Below, piece after piece: positions 36,509 through 49,400 of a DNA stretch of 64,000 nt (within the stretch, counting starts at the first letter, position 1; each line of letters opens with the position of its first letter). A program made the translations under genes and the position numbers. Source of the DNA: Macrostomum lignano (lineage: Eukaryota); assembly GCA_002269645.1 (NCBI GenBank), contig NIVC01000417.1, positions 62,001 through 126,000 on the forward strand, in the 5' to 3' direction. Below the pieces are notes generated by a model. The model worked only from the letters and a program-made list of their open reading frames with translations. It did no database searches and had not been told where the DNA came from.

Positions 36509-38700
36509 ATGAAAATGAACGCTGACAACGTGATTTTTCTTCTGCTGGTGTCGTTGCAGAGCATGTCTGCTCAGTCCTTTAACCCCAGCTGTCAGCAGCT
36601 GAGACTTAATCTGACGAGCATATCCGGCTGCCCAATCGACTCAAACTCGACACAGCTGTCTCTGCAACTGAACAGCGAGAAACAGTGCGCCCTGCTCTGC
36701 GCCAGGAGATCCTGGTGCGCTGCGATGAGCTTCGATACTGATGGTGTCTGCCGACTGTTCACTGCGGAGACGGCGCTGCTAGGCTGGAATGCGTCCTGCA
36801 CCGGTGTGCTCTCCGCTCGGGTCTCCACCGATCGACTGGAGAACTACCGAACTGGTGAGATTGGCCACTGTAAAATCAAGTCAGGGTTTCTTGGATGTTT
36901 AAATGAAGCAGCTTTATTACTAATTAATCTACATCACGCAGAGTACCTGGCAACTCGAAACGTGACTCACAAGCGGTTCCATATTCCGAAAAACTCTGTG
37001 AAGATCTTCGCCGCCTGGCTGCAGCACCAGCCGGGTAACGCATCGCTCATTAGCTGTGTTGCCAAGTGCAGCGTAGTGCCGGTCTGTCGCGGGATTGTGT
37101 TCAACTCTAGCAACTGTTCTCTGCTCACCGACTACCCGCTGTGCCGCTGGTTTGAGCAGCCACTAAACAGCTTGGAGTTGGATGTCTATGTGAGTACGCA
37201 ACTAAGTGCATTCGGTTTTATTTGCTTGAAAAGATTGAAATTCTCTAATTTGAAGTAACTAACGAGATTTAAGTTTAGTCATTTTTGACGTTTATATTTT
37301 TTCAAAATAAGGAGTTCTACACCGTTGGGACTCAGCAGTGCTTCGAAACTGTCAATCTTCGAGTGTCGGACGCGCTGAGCTTTGACCGGCTGTGGGCCGA
37401 GTACAAGGCCGGCTTCGGAAATTATCACGACAATTACTTTGCTGGTAAATTTTGATGTACGCTCGTACTGCTGCGCATATAGACATCAAGGACCACTGTA
37501 CAAGATGTAAAATTCAAAGATCGTATAATTTTTAGGAGGCCAATTTCCTAGAAAAAATACACCACGGAGAGAGGAAAAATTCAAACAAATTTTTTTCTTG
37601 TGTTCTTTATTAAATCAAGTATATTATAGTTATAAAAAAAAAATTGTTGCTTTCTGGTACTCTTAAGCCTTTATTGTAGGCATAGTTCCATTTAAATGCA
37701 TTTTAGTAGCTATTAGATTTAGTTATATAGATTCCTATTACCTGTCTAAGTAATTAAATGTAAACAGTGTTTTATCATTTTTCATATTGTTTTCTTTAGA
37801 AAACTACCAACTTTAAAGCCAAGGCCTAGCTTAAGGCTAAGAGTACCGGTATGCAACATTAACAATACTTGCTTCAAGAAGGAACCCAAGCAAAACATTC
37901 ACTTGTGATCATATTTACAACTTTGGCCCTTATGAAATAAACAGAAAACAATATGAAAATGAAATTTTCACTGCACAACTCTGTAAAATACAACAGGCTA
38001 ACATGATTTGCATGCTAAAAAAAATGGCTATCTTTACTTCCCCAAATCAAATGCAATCATAGATTTTGTGATGAAAAATGATGACTTTTCCTATCTTCGC
38101 AGTGTATTTTTTTCCAGGAAATTAGCCTCCTAAAATACACGATCCATAAGGTTTACGTACTGTTATACTACAATGGTCCTTGATACACGTGTGCTGTGCT
38201 ATTTAGAAGAATATTACTGCACAAGAACTGTACCTCGCCAGGTCTGCAGTGGCTTCACAGCCGCACCAGCGCTCAGCCCAGCAGCAACCGGCTCCGCGTC
38301 GACCTGCTTTACTGGAACGACACCTACATCTACGCCTACTACCTGAACGTTCGAATTGAGTCAGAGAGCACCAACTACACAGTCTCTGCTTACACCTATT
38401 CGCCTGAAGGTGGAAGTCTGAAAAATAACCTGTTCATAGACCTGAATATACAGTTTGTAACTCGAGATCACGGACAAAGTGACTGCCATATTAATTTCGC
38501 CATCCGTTACGTGCCTCACTGGCATAAATGCTGCCACCGCTCCGGTTCCTTTTGGCCGCTATTTCAACTATCCGACAGCGCTGAACGTGCCAGACAGCTA
38601 CCGAGCCCAAGGCATCGTGTGGGTTGGAAATGCTCCAAATAACATCACTGATAGATATTACTACAGCTTCAAGCAGCTGGAGATACTCATGCTAATCTGA
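36509..38700 (+). CDS. Secreted PAN/Apple-PAN/Apple-fibrinogen C-terminal (FReD) protein, 4 exons; +1 frameshift at ~38541-38553
   Basis: join(36509-36854, 36942-37189, 37312-37444, 38242-38700) = 1186 nt (3n+1). Signal peptide VIFLLLVSL; PAN-like QCALLC..WCAAMSF..VCRLF and SCVAKC..VCRGIVF..NCSLL; FReD motifs FDRLWAEYKAGFG, GLQWLH..RLRVDL, and GRYF..GIVW..YSFKQLEI in the shifted frame. Confidence 0.82.
37484..38184. mobile_element. Foldback/MITE-like element in intron 3 of the FReD gene
   Basis: Imperfect ~80-bp inverted ends (ATCAAGGACCA.TGTA...TTAGGAGGC.AATTTCCT) plus an inner inverted pair CATATTGTTTTCT / AGAAAACAATATG; no TSD found. Confidence 0.6.
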
Positions 38701-39511
38701 ATTTTTGTCCAAGGGAAATCTCGGTCTGTGAATTAAAAAGTCGACAGTAATGCTTAGAGACATCTATAATTGAGCTATAGCTAGTAGAAAAGACGGCAGT
38801 ATATCAACATGTACTTTAGCTAGTCGTTTTCTGACGTGCCGCAATGCGAGAACAAAGTTGCATCAAAATCAAAATTTAAGACGTTCCGGTCACAAAATCT
38901 GCGCTGTTGATCTCTTAAAAAACTCAAATCCTCTACGTCAATAAAATTTTTTTTAAACTTTGCTAAGTCATTTTTTGTGGTCGTTTTTAACTTTTTTATC
39001 CTTCAATCAGATACTTGAGGAGCTACAGAATGTTTAGTTTTTTTACTCTTAGCTAATGTCAACATCCTATCCAATGCATTGCTAATAGCTGGATATTTAA
39101 GTTCTGTACTTTTTATCTTATCTTTTTTCCTGTAACAAAATCGCAATAGATGACTAAGATTCGGTTAAAAAAATTAATTTCTTTGCCAATCAATATTTTT
39201 AAATCTATTTTTGTAGAAGCTCTGCCGTGTCGATATGCTTGTACGGTCGAAGATTCTGTGAAACATGCATTCTAGAAACTTGCATGCATGCCTTTTTAAT
39301 TACAATGTTAACTAATATTGCCTCACGTAGTTTCGGAATCTTATACGCTCTCCCCATATACCATATATGGCTATGTTCTAGAAACTTCTATCGCGCATCT
39401 TCTGGAGTCTATAAATAGAAACACCCCACAATGGCAACCATGACTCTTACATTTACTACTGTCAATAATTTGGAATCTCTGCTCACTTTACACATTCATT
39501 TACATAAAGAT

Positions 39512-39821
39512 GGTCTGGGGTTGCAGCCTAGTGGCTGAGCGTCGGACTCACGACTGAAAGGTCAGGGGTTCGATTCTCGACCTACTCGGAACAATTTGTG
39601 TCCTTGAGCAAGACACATAACTCTGCATTGCTTCAGTTCACCCAGCTGTAAAATGGGTGCCAGCATTAGCTGGGGTAATTGAGGCTGTGTGTGGCGACCC
39701 CCCAGTCCTTGGACTGAACAGCCGTACGCAGCCTTCAGATGCGCCGCGCAATAGCTGCCGGCTGAGCTGTCGGTTGCACATCTGCCCATTGGGGCAGGTG
39801 TAATCAAATATTATTATTATT
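39512..39821 (+). mobile_element. tRNA-derived CORE-type SINE, copy 2
   Basis: A and B boxes (TAGTGGCTGAG, GGTTCGATTC); TGTGTCCTTGAGCAAGACACATAACTC...CTGTAAAATGGG CORE-like domain; (TTA)n tail; possible TSD ATAAAGAT at 39504-39511 and 39822-39829. Confidence 0.88.
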
Positions 39822-40842
39822 ATAAAGATTACAGAACTCTTTCAGAATAAAGTTAAGCACTTTAGCACGCGAGTTTAGGTCTTTAGCAAGTTTCTATGGA
39901 GCACTCATGAATTTACACTGAATCTTAAAGTATTAAAGTTAAAATATTAAACAGCCATTCCGATCTCGTGTGGTAAAAATACGTTGAACTCTTAGCCAAA
40001 AAAGCGACTGCCCAAAGCAGAGAAATGAAGTTGTCAAACAGGCGCAAACCAAGGCAAGTCGCTTCAAATCTTTAGAAGACACTTAACTCTTTTTGACTCT
40101 CTTCAGAAGCAGCATCTGCTTTTGTTTCCCTCTATTTTTTTCATGATCAACCAACCGGAACATGCAAGCAACCAAAAGCAGGCTTAAGCAGACCAACAGC
40201 AACTGTATGCAGACCAGGTGCTATAGTAAATACGGGGGGAGAGACTGACGGGAAGGCAGTCTTAAACCACTACCTTAGCTGCTACCTTAGAGTTGCGTAG
40301 TTAAAGTGCGACAAGCCAGCAAGGTGCATTTCTTCAAATTGGCAAATGCATCAAACCATTGAAAATGAACTATTACAAGCCTTTCATCATGTATTAAATA
40401 TCAATCAGGCAATAAAGTTTCATATTTAAGCGCACTTAATCAGCAGTTCATACTTATATTTATAACAATTATTTTTCGAATTTGATACAAAATGTAAAAT
40501 AAAAAGAGGTAAAATTGCGTTCTTACGTCTAAAAAAGTAATAAAGAACTTCAGACGGGAGAAAATTACCAGTATAATTACTCGTAAGTACGTACGTAAGT
40601 ACGCATGTACAAAGTGCCTAATAAATGAGACAAGTAACTGACAACTATGAAAGCTAGCTATTGCTTTTCCCAACGTAATTTTAGGTTTGTATACAATCCA
40701 ATTTAGTTTTTAGTCTAAGACGTCTCGGAAGATCCACTCCTTCTCACGCAGATCAGACCACATGCAGAAGCGGACGATTAGTTCCCTTGGTATATTTGAC
40801 TAAGCATGATGTACATGTAGGGTTGTGTTAGATTAGAATATC

Positions 40843-41138
40843 GATAAATGTCTGTGGTCACCACCTGCCAATAAATGTCTGTGGTCACCACCTGCCAATA
40901 AATGTCTGTGCTCACCACCTGCCAATAAATGTCTGTGGTCACCACCTGTAAATAAATGTCTGTGGTCACCACCTGCCAATAAATGTCTGTGGTCACCACC
41001 TGCCAATAAATGTCTGTGGTCACCACCTGCCAATAAATGTCTGTGGTCACCACCTGCCAATAAATGTCTGTGGTCACCACCTGCCAATAAATGTCTGTGG
41101 TCACCATCTGCCAATAAATGTCTGTGGTCACCACCTGG
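40843..41138. repeat. 27-bp tandem array CCAATAAATGTCTGTGGTCACCACCTG (~11 copies)
   Basis: Directly visible. Confidence 0.95.
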
Positions 41139-41149
41139 CAATAAATGCT

Positions 41150-41339
<190 letters not shown>

Positions 41340-42193
41340 ATTACATAGATTTCACCAGATATTTTTGAGATAGAAACCATATTTTTGCATGCTAATTTTA
41401 TTACCTAGCTGGTTGAATCTGATAAATTTAATTACAACAAATCCATGATTTTAGGGTAAGTCCGGTATTTCTATTTGATTTCTTAGGAACTTTTTAATGA
41501 GCAGATTACAGTTGGACAGGAAATGTCCTGAAGGCGAGCTCACTTGTGTAGTTTTTGGCAGCACTGCAAAAAATACAGTTGTGCTAATTCAAGATTTTAA
41601 CATAGAAAATGGTGTAAAATATAATACGCTCGTAAGAATTTACAATTTAAAAAAAATATTGAATTTTACGGAAAATTAAATATAGGACACCAGCATACCT
41701 ATTTTTTTCACATGTTATAGGGCTGTTTATTATTAAGAAAATCCCACCGCTGTTACCAAATTTGTTACAGGGGTCTTGGGGGAGTGAAGTTTTCCTATTG
41801 CTGACACCAAATTGTTGTAGGGTTCTGTCTCTCTGTTTAATAATCTCACTGCTGCAACCAAATTTGTTGTAGGGTAAGTTATGGGATTCTTGGGGATTTC
41901 TGATAGATATGCTAGTTTTATTACTAATAGGAGTAAGCCAATGGTTGCTCCTGGTGGCGTGAGTGTCCGAGCGGCAAGACACAATCTATATTAACTTAAC
42001 TAGTCCGAGGGAATAAAGATGGGAGAGGGGAATTAAGGGCTTCGCGATGGATCAGAGTTGCCTGGGAAAGCACACTAATGGGGAACTTCTAAATACTAAT
42101 AGGGAATGCTGACAGCATTAGATAAGAAGGCAATCTGCCTAATGAATGTGGGAAATTTCTACGAGGAAGGGTCGGGAGCGGGGATCACCTAAC

Positions 42194-42295
42194 GGCCCGC
42201 CGCTAGCGGAGCCCATCCCACGCTAAAAATAGCCCGTTAACGGGACCCAGCCCACGGTGGGATGGGCTCCCTTAGCGGGGGCCAGCCCACGAGCG
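42194..42295 (+). repeat. Left ~100-bp inverted repeat of the large unit
   Basis: Its reverse complement matches 53743-53840 (AGCGGAGCCCATCCCACGCTAAAAATAGCCCGTTA...GGGCTCCCTTAGCG.GGGCCAGCCCAC). Confidence 0.85.
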
Positions 42296-43468
42296 GAGAG
42301 GGAGAGGTGGGGTGGGTGTTGGGTGAGTGTGGAACGCCAGTGCGCACTAGCGTACTAGCACTGTACTAGCAATGAAGCTAGCTGAAAACACTGCACATCC
42401 GTGACTCATTTCTCGTATATTAATGTATGCTGGATGAAGACGGCTCTTTGTCTTTCCCAACTCTCCCAAAATTAAAAAACTCCTAGAACGCATTTCGTTT
42501 TAAGCTGCAAGGAATTGTATTCTTTAAAGAAACGCGTTTCATTCAACGTATAGTTTCTACTTTTTAATACATATCATTTATCAAACTATTTGACTCAGTT
42601 GAATCTTTAAGATCTTGAGATTTATTCTTAATACGCTCGTAAGGCTTTCGTTATTTCTTTATTCCAAAGGTAAGCAAACGTTGGTTCTTAATTTGCATTG
42701 TACTCATTGTATTTTCTTTTATGTCTAGCTTATAATTGCAATATGCTAGGAATCTTATATTCTTCCAAAACCTTAAAGGTGGAAATATGGTCAAAGAAAA
42801 ATAGTACAGGCGCAAGAAGTGAGGACGACTAGCCATCCATTTCGTTTCAAACGTAAAAGATTTAAAAAAACAAACTTAGCAAAGTAAGGTACTAAGCGAG
42901 ATATTCTAAAATTGACAGACAGGCTAATTTCCTAATTCGCAGAATCGCTGAGTCCCAGTTTTCTAATTTCTATAGATTGGACTTGTCCTTTAGCAGTTAT
43001 CTTTATTTTCAGAATACTCGTATACTGCATCCGTTTGTAAATATTGTCAAAAAAGGCGGAAAAATAAATTTTGAAGTTCCGCACAAAGTTAAAAAATTAC
43101 GAATTTGAACAAAATTTAAATTCACGCGGATATTCAACATCTCACGTTCGTTAAATTCTGGCAATCTGGCGCCCCCTTTGGCACTTCATTGGCCCTGAAA
43201 TACTTGAATTGTGGTTGCTGTATGATCTTATTTCCTTTTCTAGTTTAGGAAGTCAAATAAAGAGTAAAGTAGTCAAATAAATTGATCTTATGCTGGAGTA
43301 CAATGAGATACTGAATGTTAGCATTTTAAGCAAAGCGATAATATTGTTTGGAATTCTGTTTACACTAGAGCAAACTGATCTTTCGGACCCGCTCGTATTT
43401 AAGATAAAACTTTGAAAATAAAACAAAAATGGTAGAAAAGAAACAATTAAAAAGGGATAATAATTACC

Positions 43469-43560
43469 CAGTGTTGGGCACGATACTCAGAAAAAGTATC
43501 GGTTAAAAGCGATACTCTGATACCCTTTCTGAAAAAATATCGCCCTTCGATACATATCGG
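43469..43560. mobile_element. Fragment of a dispersed GATAC-motif repeat (related sequence at ~34078-34260)
   Basis: Shares GATACCCTTTCTGAAAAAA with 34086; starts CAGTGTTGGGCA. Confidence 0.4.
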
Positions 43561-43631
43561 CTGTTTTGTGATTTTAATTTACAGTTGCTCAGGTTGCACT
43601 AAAGTCGCAATCCGCCGCAATCAACCCGCAG

Positions 43632-43805
43632 GTGACAGAATCCGCTGCCAGCAGACCTCATGGCTGGCTAGCCGTGGTTTGGCTACTCGGGACGCTGTTC
43701 ACCTCCCCTGCTGAACGAGGCCATCGCTGATTTTGTCCGCTAAGATGGCGTTCCGCGACGATGGCCGGCCGGCGGCCACGTTCTGATGCTTGACGGCGCC
43801 GCCTA
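43632..43805 (+). pseudogene. Decayed exon, tentatively KDM3/JMJD1 pre-JmjC region (copy 1)
   Basis: Flanked by CAG and GTGAGT. LLNEAIADFVR*DGVPRRWPAGGHVLMLD resembles KDM3 ILDDIFA...PH.WLCD..LL.L.D; contains stops. Confidence 0.45.
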
Positions 43806-44428
43806 GTGAGTCATTGCATCCTACCACAACAGATAAGCACATTCCATCCATAATTGACTCGTCTAAAACAAATAGCCCCAGTCGTAATCCATAAATCCTT
43901 ATCTGATTACAACTGTATCGTAAATTCTGAATTGTACTTCTGAATTGTACTTCTGAATTGTACTTCTGAATTGTACTTCTGAATTGTACTTCTGAATTGT
44001 ACTTCTGAATTAACACCCCTCGTAAATTGAATTGCGAAGTATAAAAGTTCAGTAAAACAGAAATACTGAAGTATACTGAACTGACTAAAAATGACACTTT
44101 TAAAATATTTCGCAACAGCTGTAGCCAGGGGCGCGGATTTAGGGCTCTGGTGGGAGCGCCACTCCTCCCAGCGCTCCCTAGGAACTTTTATTACCTGGAT
44201 ACCTAGGTACTTCTTCCTAGGTACTAGAATTTACCTTGGCTAGTAATCGACATACTGATTTACTTTGCTAAAATTCTACAGTTTTTGACGCAAGCAAGGC
44301 TGGGCCGTTAAATCATTGATGAAACAAGTTACAACCTTAGAAACTGTAAATTAATATCACAAAACAGCCGACATGTATCGAAGCAACGAAACTAACCAGT
44401 CAAAAACACATTTTGCACTCTCATCCAG

Positions 44429-44620
44429 ATTCTGCCCGATCGCTACGAGGGCTTCTAGCGCGCTCTGCCGTTGCCGGAGTGCAGAGGGCGAGATTGCCGC
44501 CTGGCCACTCGGCTGCCGGCATTCTTTGTCCAGCCGGACCTGGAGCCCAGGATGTACAACGCCTATGGCCTGGCCGCTGCAATGTCATAGGGGCACCACA
44601 AACCTGCACTTGGATATCGC
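44429..44620 (+). pseudogene. KDM3: Pseudogenised KDM3/JMJD1 JmjC-domain exon (copy 1)
   Basis: After acceptor CAG: [46 protein letters not shown], then a frameshift to GTTNLHLDIA. Matches KDM3 MPSRF.DL...PLPEYT.RDG.LNLASRLP..FVRPDLGPKMYNAYG...GTTNLHLD. Confidence 0.85.
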
Positions 44621-45041
44621 CTGGATACTTTGGTCACCATAGCAACATTAATAGAAAATGAGAAGCAGATGAATGTTTATTTAAAACCAGTTTGATTACT
44701 TTTATCCCAGATTTAGACTATGAAACACCCGATGGCCGATATGATACGAACTAAGTTTTGTTATTTTTCAGTTTCAACTGCTCCTGTCTTTTCGTGGTTC
44801 ATATTTTCAGAATTTAACTAGCAATCAGCGCCCCCCCCCTTGGGGAGCCAAAAAATGCAGTACGAGTTTTTTTAATAAACTACATGTAGATTGTAGTGTC
44901 TCTTTGCAATAACCTCAGCAATCGCTTGTAAGCGTTGACATCTCAGCAATTCCTCCCCCACAAGTCTTAACATATCAAACCCCCCCCCCTTGAAATCTGA
45001 GCGATGACCCCCATAAGCCTTGAAATCTTAAAAAATCTGTC

Positions 45042-45071
45042 AACCCTAACCCTAACCCTAACCCTAACCCT
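45042..45071 (-). repeat. Interstitial (TTAGGG)5 telomeric-type tract (duplicate at 56898-56927)
   Basis: (AACCCT)5 on the + strand. Confidence 0.85.
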
Positions 45072-45579
45072 AAAGCATTGCCATTTTAGTAATTCTCCCC
45101 AAGAGTCATTATAACATTACAGCATTATAGCAATTCCTCCAAGCCTTGACATCGTAGCGATTCCCAAATGAATCTCCTAACTTCGACATGACTCTTCTTT
45201 TATATCTACTTTCATCTGTTTAAAATGACGCTTCTTCTATTAGCGCCCCTCGTGGGGAACTAACAAAGAATGTAATAAAAAAGTGAATAAACTACATGTA
45301 GCTTCTGAATTTTACCTAGACATCTCAAAAATCCCTCATAAGCATTTACGAGTACATCTCAGTTATTCCCCGTGAGCCTTAACATCTTAGTAATTCTCCT
45401 CAAGAGTCACAGCACAGTTTCACGTGACTCTTCTTTTATTTTGAAATGACGCTACTTTTTGACATGACGCTTCTTTACATGATACTTATTGATTTTTACG
45501 TAATGCTTCTATTTTTTTACATTTTTTTACTTTTTTCATTTTTCCATAAAGCTCATTTTCTTTTCTACATGACGCCTCT

Positions 45580-46140
45580 GTTATTTTTACCGGACGCTTT
45601 TATGATTTTTTACATGACGCTTTTATGATTTTTTACATGACGCTTCTATGATTGTTTACATGACGCTTATATGATTGTTTACATGACGCTTCTATGATTT
45701 TTACATGACGCTTCTATGATTTTTACATGACGCTTCTATGATTTTTACATGACGCTTCTATGATTTTTTACATGACGCTTCTATGATTTTTTACATGACG
45801 CTTATATGATTGTTTACATGACGCTTCTATGATTTTTTACATGACGCTTCTATGATTTTTACATGACGCTTCTATGATTGTTTACATGACGCTTCTATGA
45901 TTTTTTACATGACGCTTCTATGATTTTTTACATGACGCTTCTATGATTTTTACATGACGCTTATATGATTGTTTACAGGACGCTTCTATGATTTATTACA
46001 TTATGCTTGTATGATTTTTACCGGACGCTTCTATGCTTTTTTACATGACGCTTCCATGATTGTTGACATGACGCTTCTATGATCGTTTACATGACGCTTC
46101 TATGATTGTTTGCATGACGCTTCTTTCATTTATACATGAC
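45580..46140. repeat. ~21-23-bp array ACATGACGCTTCTATGATT(T)n (duplicate at ~57435-57995)
   Basis: Directly visible. Confidence 0.93.
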
Positions 46141-46469
46141 GCTTCTTTTTTTGCTTTTATTAGCTGTGTTTTGATATTAGAATACACATACAGGCGCAGT
46201 CCCAAGGCTTTTTGCCGAATTTTGCGGACACGTTTGTGGACAAGTCTGGCTTGAGTTTATGGTTTGACAGCCACTTTGACTTGTCATTTTCTTCTACCAA
46301 AAACCGATTAAAGGCTTTCAAACCTTTCGATAAAAGGTGCCATAAATATTTATGCGAAGACTACATCTATATTTACTTGTATAGCTAAAGAAACTAGAAC
46401 GTCAGAAGCTTCCCCTCACCATTCCCCTCTGAGGGATATAAACAAGTGCATCTTATCAGGGATAAGTAA

Positions 46470-49400
46470 TTAGAAATCGTGGATTCGGATTCCAACATGA
46501 GGAACCAGGGATATAAATTTAGAAATCGTGGATTCGGATTCCGAAATGAGGAATCAGGGATATGGAATTAAGAATCGTGGATTCAGATTCCAACATGAGG
46601 AATCAGGGATATGGATTTAGGAATTGTGGATTCGGATTCCAACATGAGGAATCAGGGATATGGATTTAGGAATTGTGGATTCGGGTTCCAAAACGAGGAA
46701 TCAGGGATAGGGATTCGGAATCGGGGATTGAGATAAAAAAAAATGAGCTTCTCACGGTTCTATGATAGCTGGCAGTCTTTCAAACATTTAGAAAAAGGTG
46801 CCATAAGCTCCTCTCTGCCTTATGAATTATGATATCTGACCCAGTCTTTCAAGTTTCTTGCAAAAGGTGCCATATGCCCTTCTGGAAAGGGAATTAAGAA
46901 TCGTGGATTCGGATTCCAACATGAGGAATCAGGGATATGGAATTAGGAATCGTGGATTCGGGTTCCAAAACGAGGAATAAGGGATAGGGATTCGGAATCG
47001 GGGATTGAGATTAAAAAATGAGCTTCTCACGGTTCTATGATAGCTGGCAGTCTTTCAAACATTTAGAAAAAGGTGCCATAATAAGCTCCTCTCTGCCTTA
47101 TGAATTATGATAGATGATCCAGTCTTTCAAACATTTAGAAAAAGGTGCCATAAGCTCCTCTCTGCCTTATGAATTATGATATCTGACCCAGTCTTTCAAG
47201 TTTCTTGCAAAAGGTGCCATATGCTTTTCTGGGAAAGGGAACTAAAAATCGTGGATTCGGATTCCAAAATGAGGAATCGGAATATGGAATTAGAAATTGT
47301 GGATTAGGGTTCCAAAATGAGGAATCAGGGATATGGAATTAGAAATTGTGGATTCGGATTCCAAAATGAGGAATCAGGGATATGGAATTAAGAATCGTGG
47401 ATTCGGATTCCAAAATGAGGAATCGGGGATATGGAATTAGAAATTGTGGATTCGGGTTCCAAAATGAGGAATCAGGGATATGGAACTAGAAATTGTGGAT
47501 TCGGATTCCAACATGAGGAATCAGGGATATGGAATTAGGAATCGTGGATTCAGATTCCAACATGAGGAATCAGGGATATGGAATTAAGAATCGTGGATTC
47601 GGATTCCAAAATGAGGAATCGGGGATAGGGATTTGGAATCGGGGATTGAGATTAAAAAATGAGCTTCTCACGGTTCTATGATAGCTGGCAGTCTTTCAAA
47701 CATTTAGAAAAAGGTGCCATAAGCTCCTCTCTGCCTTATGAATTATGATATCTGACCCAGTCTTTCAAGTTTCTTGCAAAAGGTGCCATATGCCCTTCTG
47801 GAAAGGGAATTAAGAATCGTGGATTCGGATTCCAACATGAGGAATCAGGAATATGGAATTAGGAATCGTGGATTCGGGTTCCAAAACGAGGAATAAGGGA
47901 TAGGGATTCGGAATCGGGGATTGAGATTAAAAAATGAGCTTCTCACGGTTCTATGATAGCTGGCAGTCTTTCAAACATTTAGAAAAAGGTGCCATAATAA
48001 GCTCCTCTCTGCCTTATGAATTATGATAGATGATCCAGTCTTTCAAACATTTAGAAAAAGGTGCCATAAGCTCCTCTCTGCCTTATGAATTATGATATCT
48101 GACCCAGTCTTTCAAGTTTCTTGCAAAAGGTGCCATATGCCCTTCTGGAAAGGGAATTAAGAATCGTGGATTCGGATTCCAACATGAGGAATCAGGGATA
48201 TTGAATTAGGAATCGTGGATTCGGATTCCAACATGAGGAATCAGGGATATTGATTTAGGAATTGTGGATTCGGATTCCAACATGAGGAATCAGGGATAGG
48301 GATTTAGGAATTGTGGATTCGGATTCCAAAATGAGGAATCAGGGATATGGAATTAGGAATCGTGGATTCGGATTCCAACATGAGGAATCAGGGATATGGA
48401 ATTAGGAATCGTAGATTCAGATTCCAACATGAGGAATCAGGGATATGGAATTAAGAATCGTGGATTCGGATTCCAAAATGAGGAATCAGGGATATGGAAT
48501 TAAGAATCGTGGATTCGGATTCCAAAATGAGGAATCAGGGATATGGAATTAGAAATTGCGGATTCGGGTTCCAAAATGAGGAATCAGGGATATGGAATTA
48601 GAAATTGTGGATTCGGATTCCAACATGAGGAATCAGGGATATGGATTTAGGAATCGTGGATTCGGGTTCCAAAACGAGGAATCAGGGATAGGGATTCGGA
48701 ATCGGGGATTGAGATTAAAAAATGAGCTTCTCACGGTTCTATGATAGCTGGCAGTCTTTCAAACATTTAGAAAAAGGTGCCATAAGCTCCTCTCTGCCTT
48801 ATGAATTATGATAGATGATCCAGTCTTTCAAACATTTAGAAAAAGGTGCCATAAGCTCCTCTCTGCCTTATGAATTATGATATCTGACCCAGTCTTTCAA
48901 GTTTCTCGCAAAAGGTGCCATATGCCCTTCGGGAAAGGGAATTAAGAATCGTGGATTCGGATTCCAACATGAGGAATCAGGGATATTGAATTAGGAATCG
49001 TGGATTCGGATTCCAACATGAGGAATCAGGGATATGGAATTAAGAATCGTGGATTCGGATTCCAAAATGAGGAATCAGGGATATGGAATTAGAAATTGTG
49101 GATTCGGGTTCCAAAATGAGGAATCAGGGATATGGAATTAGAAATTGTGGATTCGGATTCCAACATGAGGAATCAGGGATATGGATTTAGGAATCGTGGA
49201 TTCGGGTTCCAAAACGAGGAATAAGGGATAGGGATTCGGAATCGGGGATTGAGATTAAAAAATGAGCTTCTCACGGTTCTATGATAGCTGGCAGTCTTTC
49301 AAACATTTAGAAAAAGGTGCCATAACAAGCTCCTCTCTGCCTTATGAATTATGATAGATGATCCAGTCTTTCAAACGTTTAGAAAAAGGTGCCATAAGCT

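Noticed and set aside
43699-44115. 138-aa minus-strand ORF (duplicate at 55554-55970)
   Set aside because: It spans a 13-bp microrepeat and is antisense to the spliced exon relic; there is no independent coding evidence.
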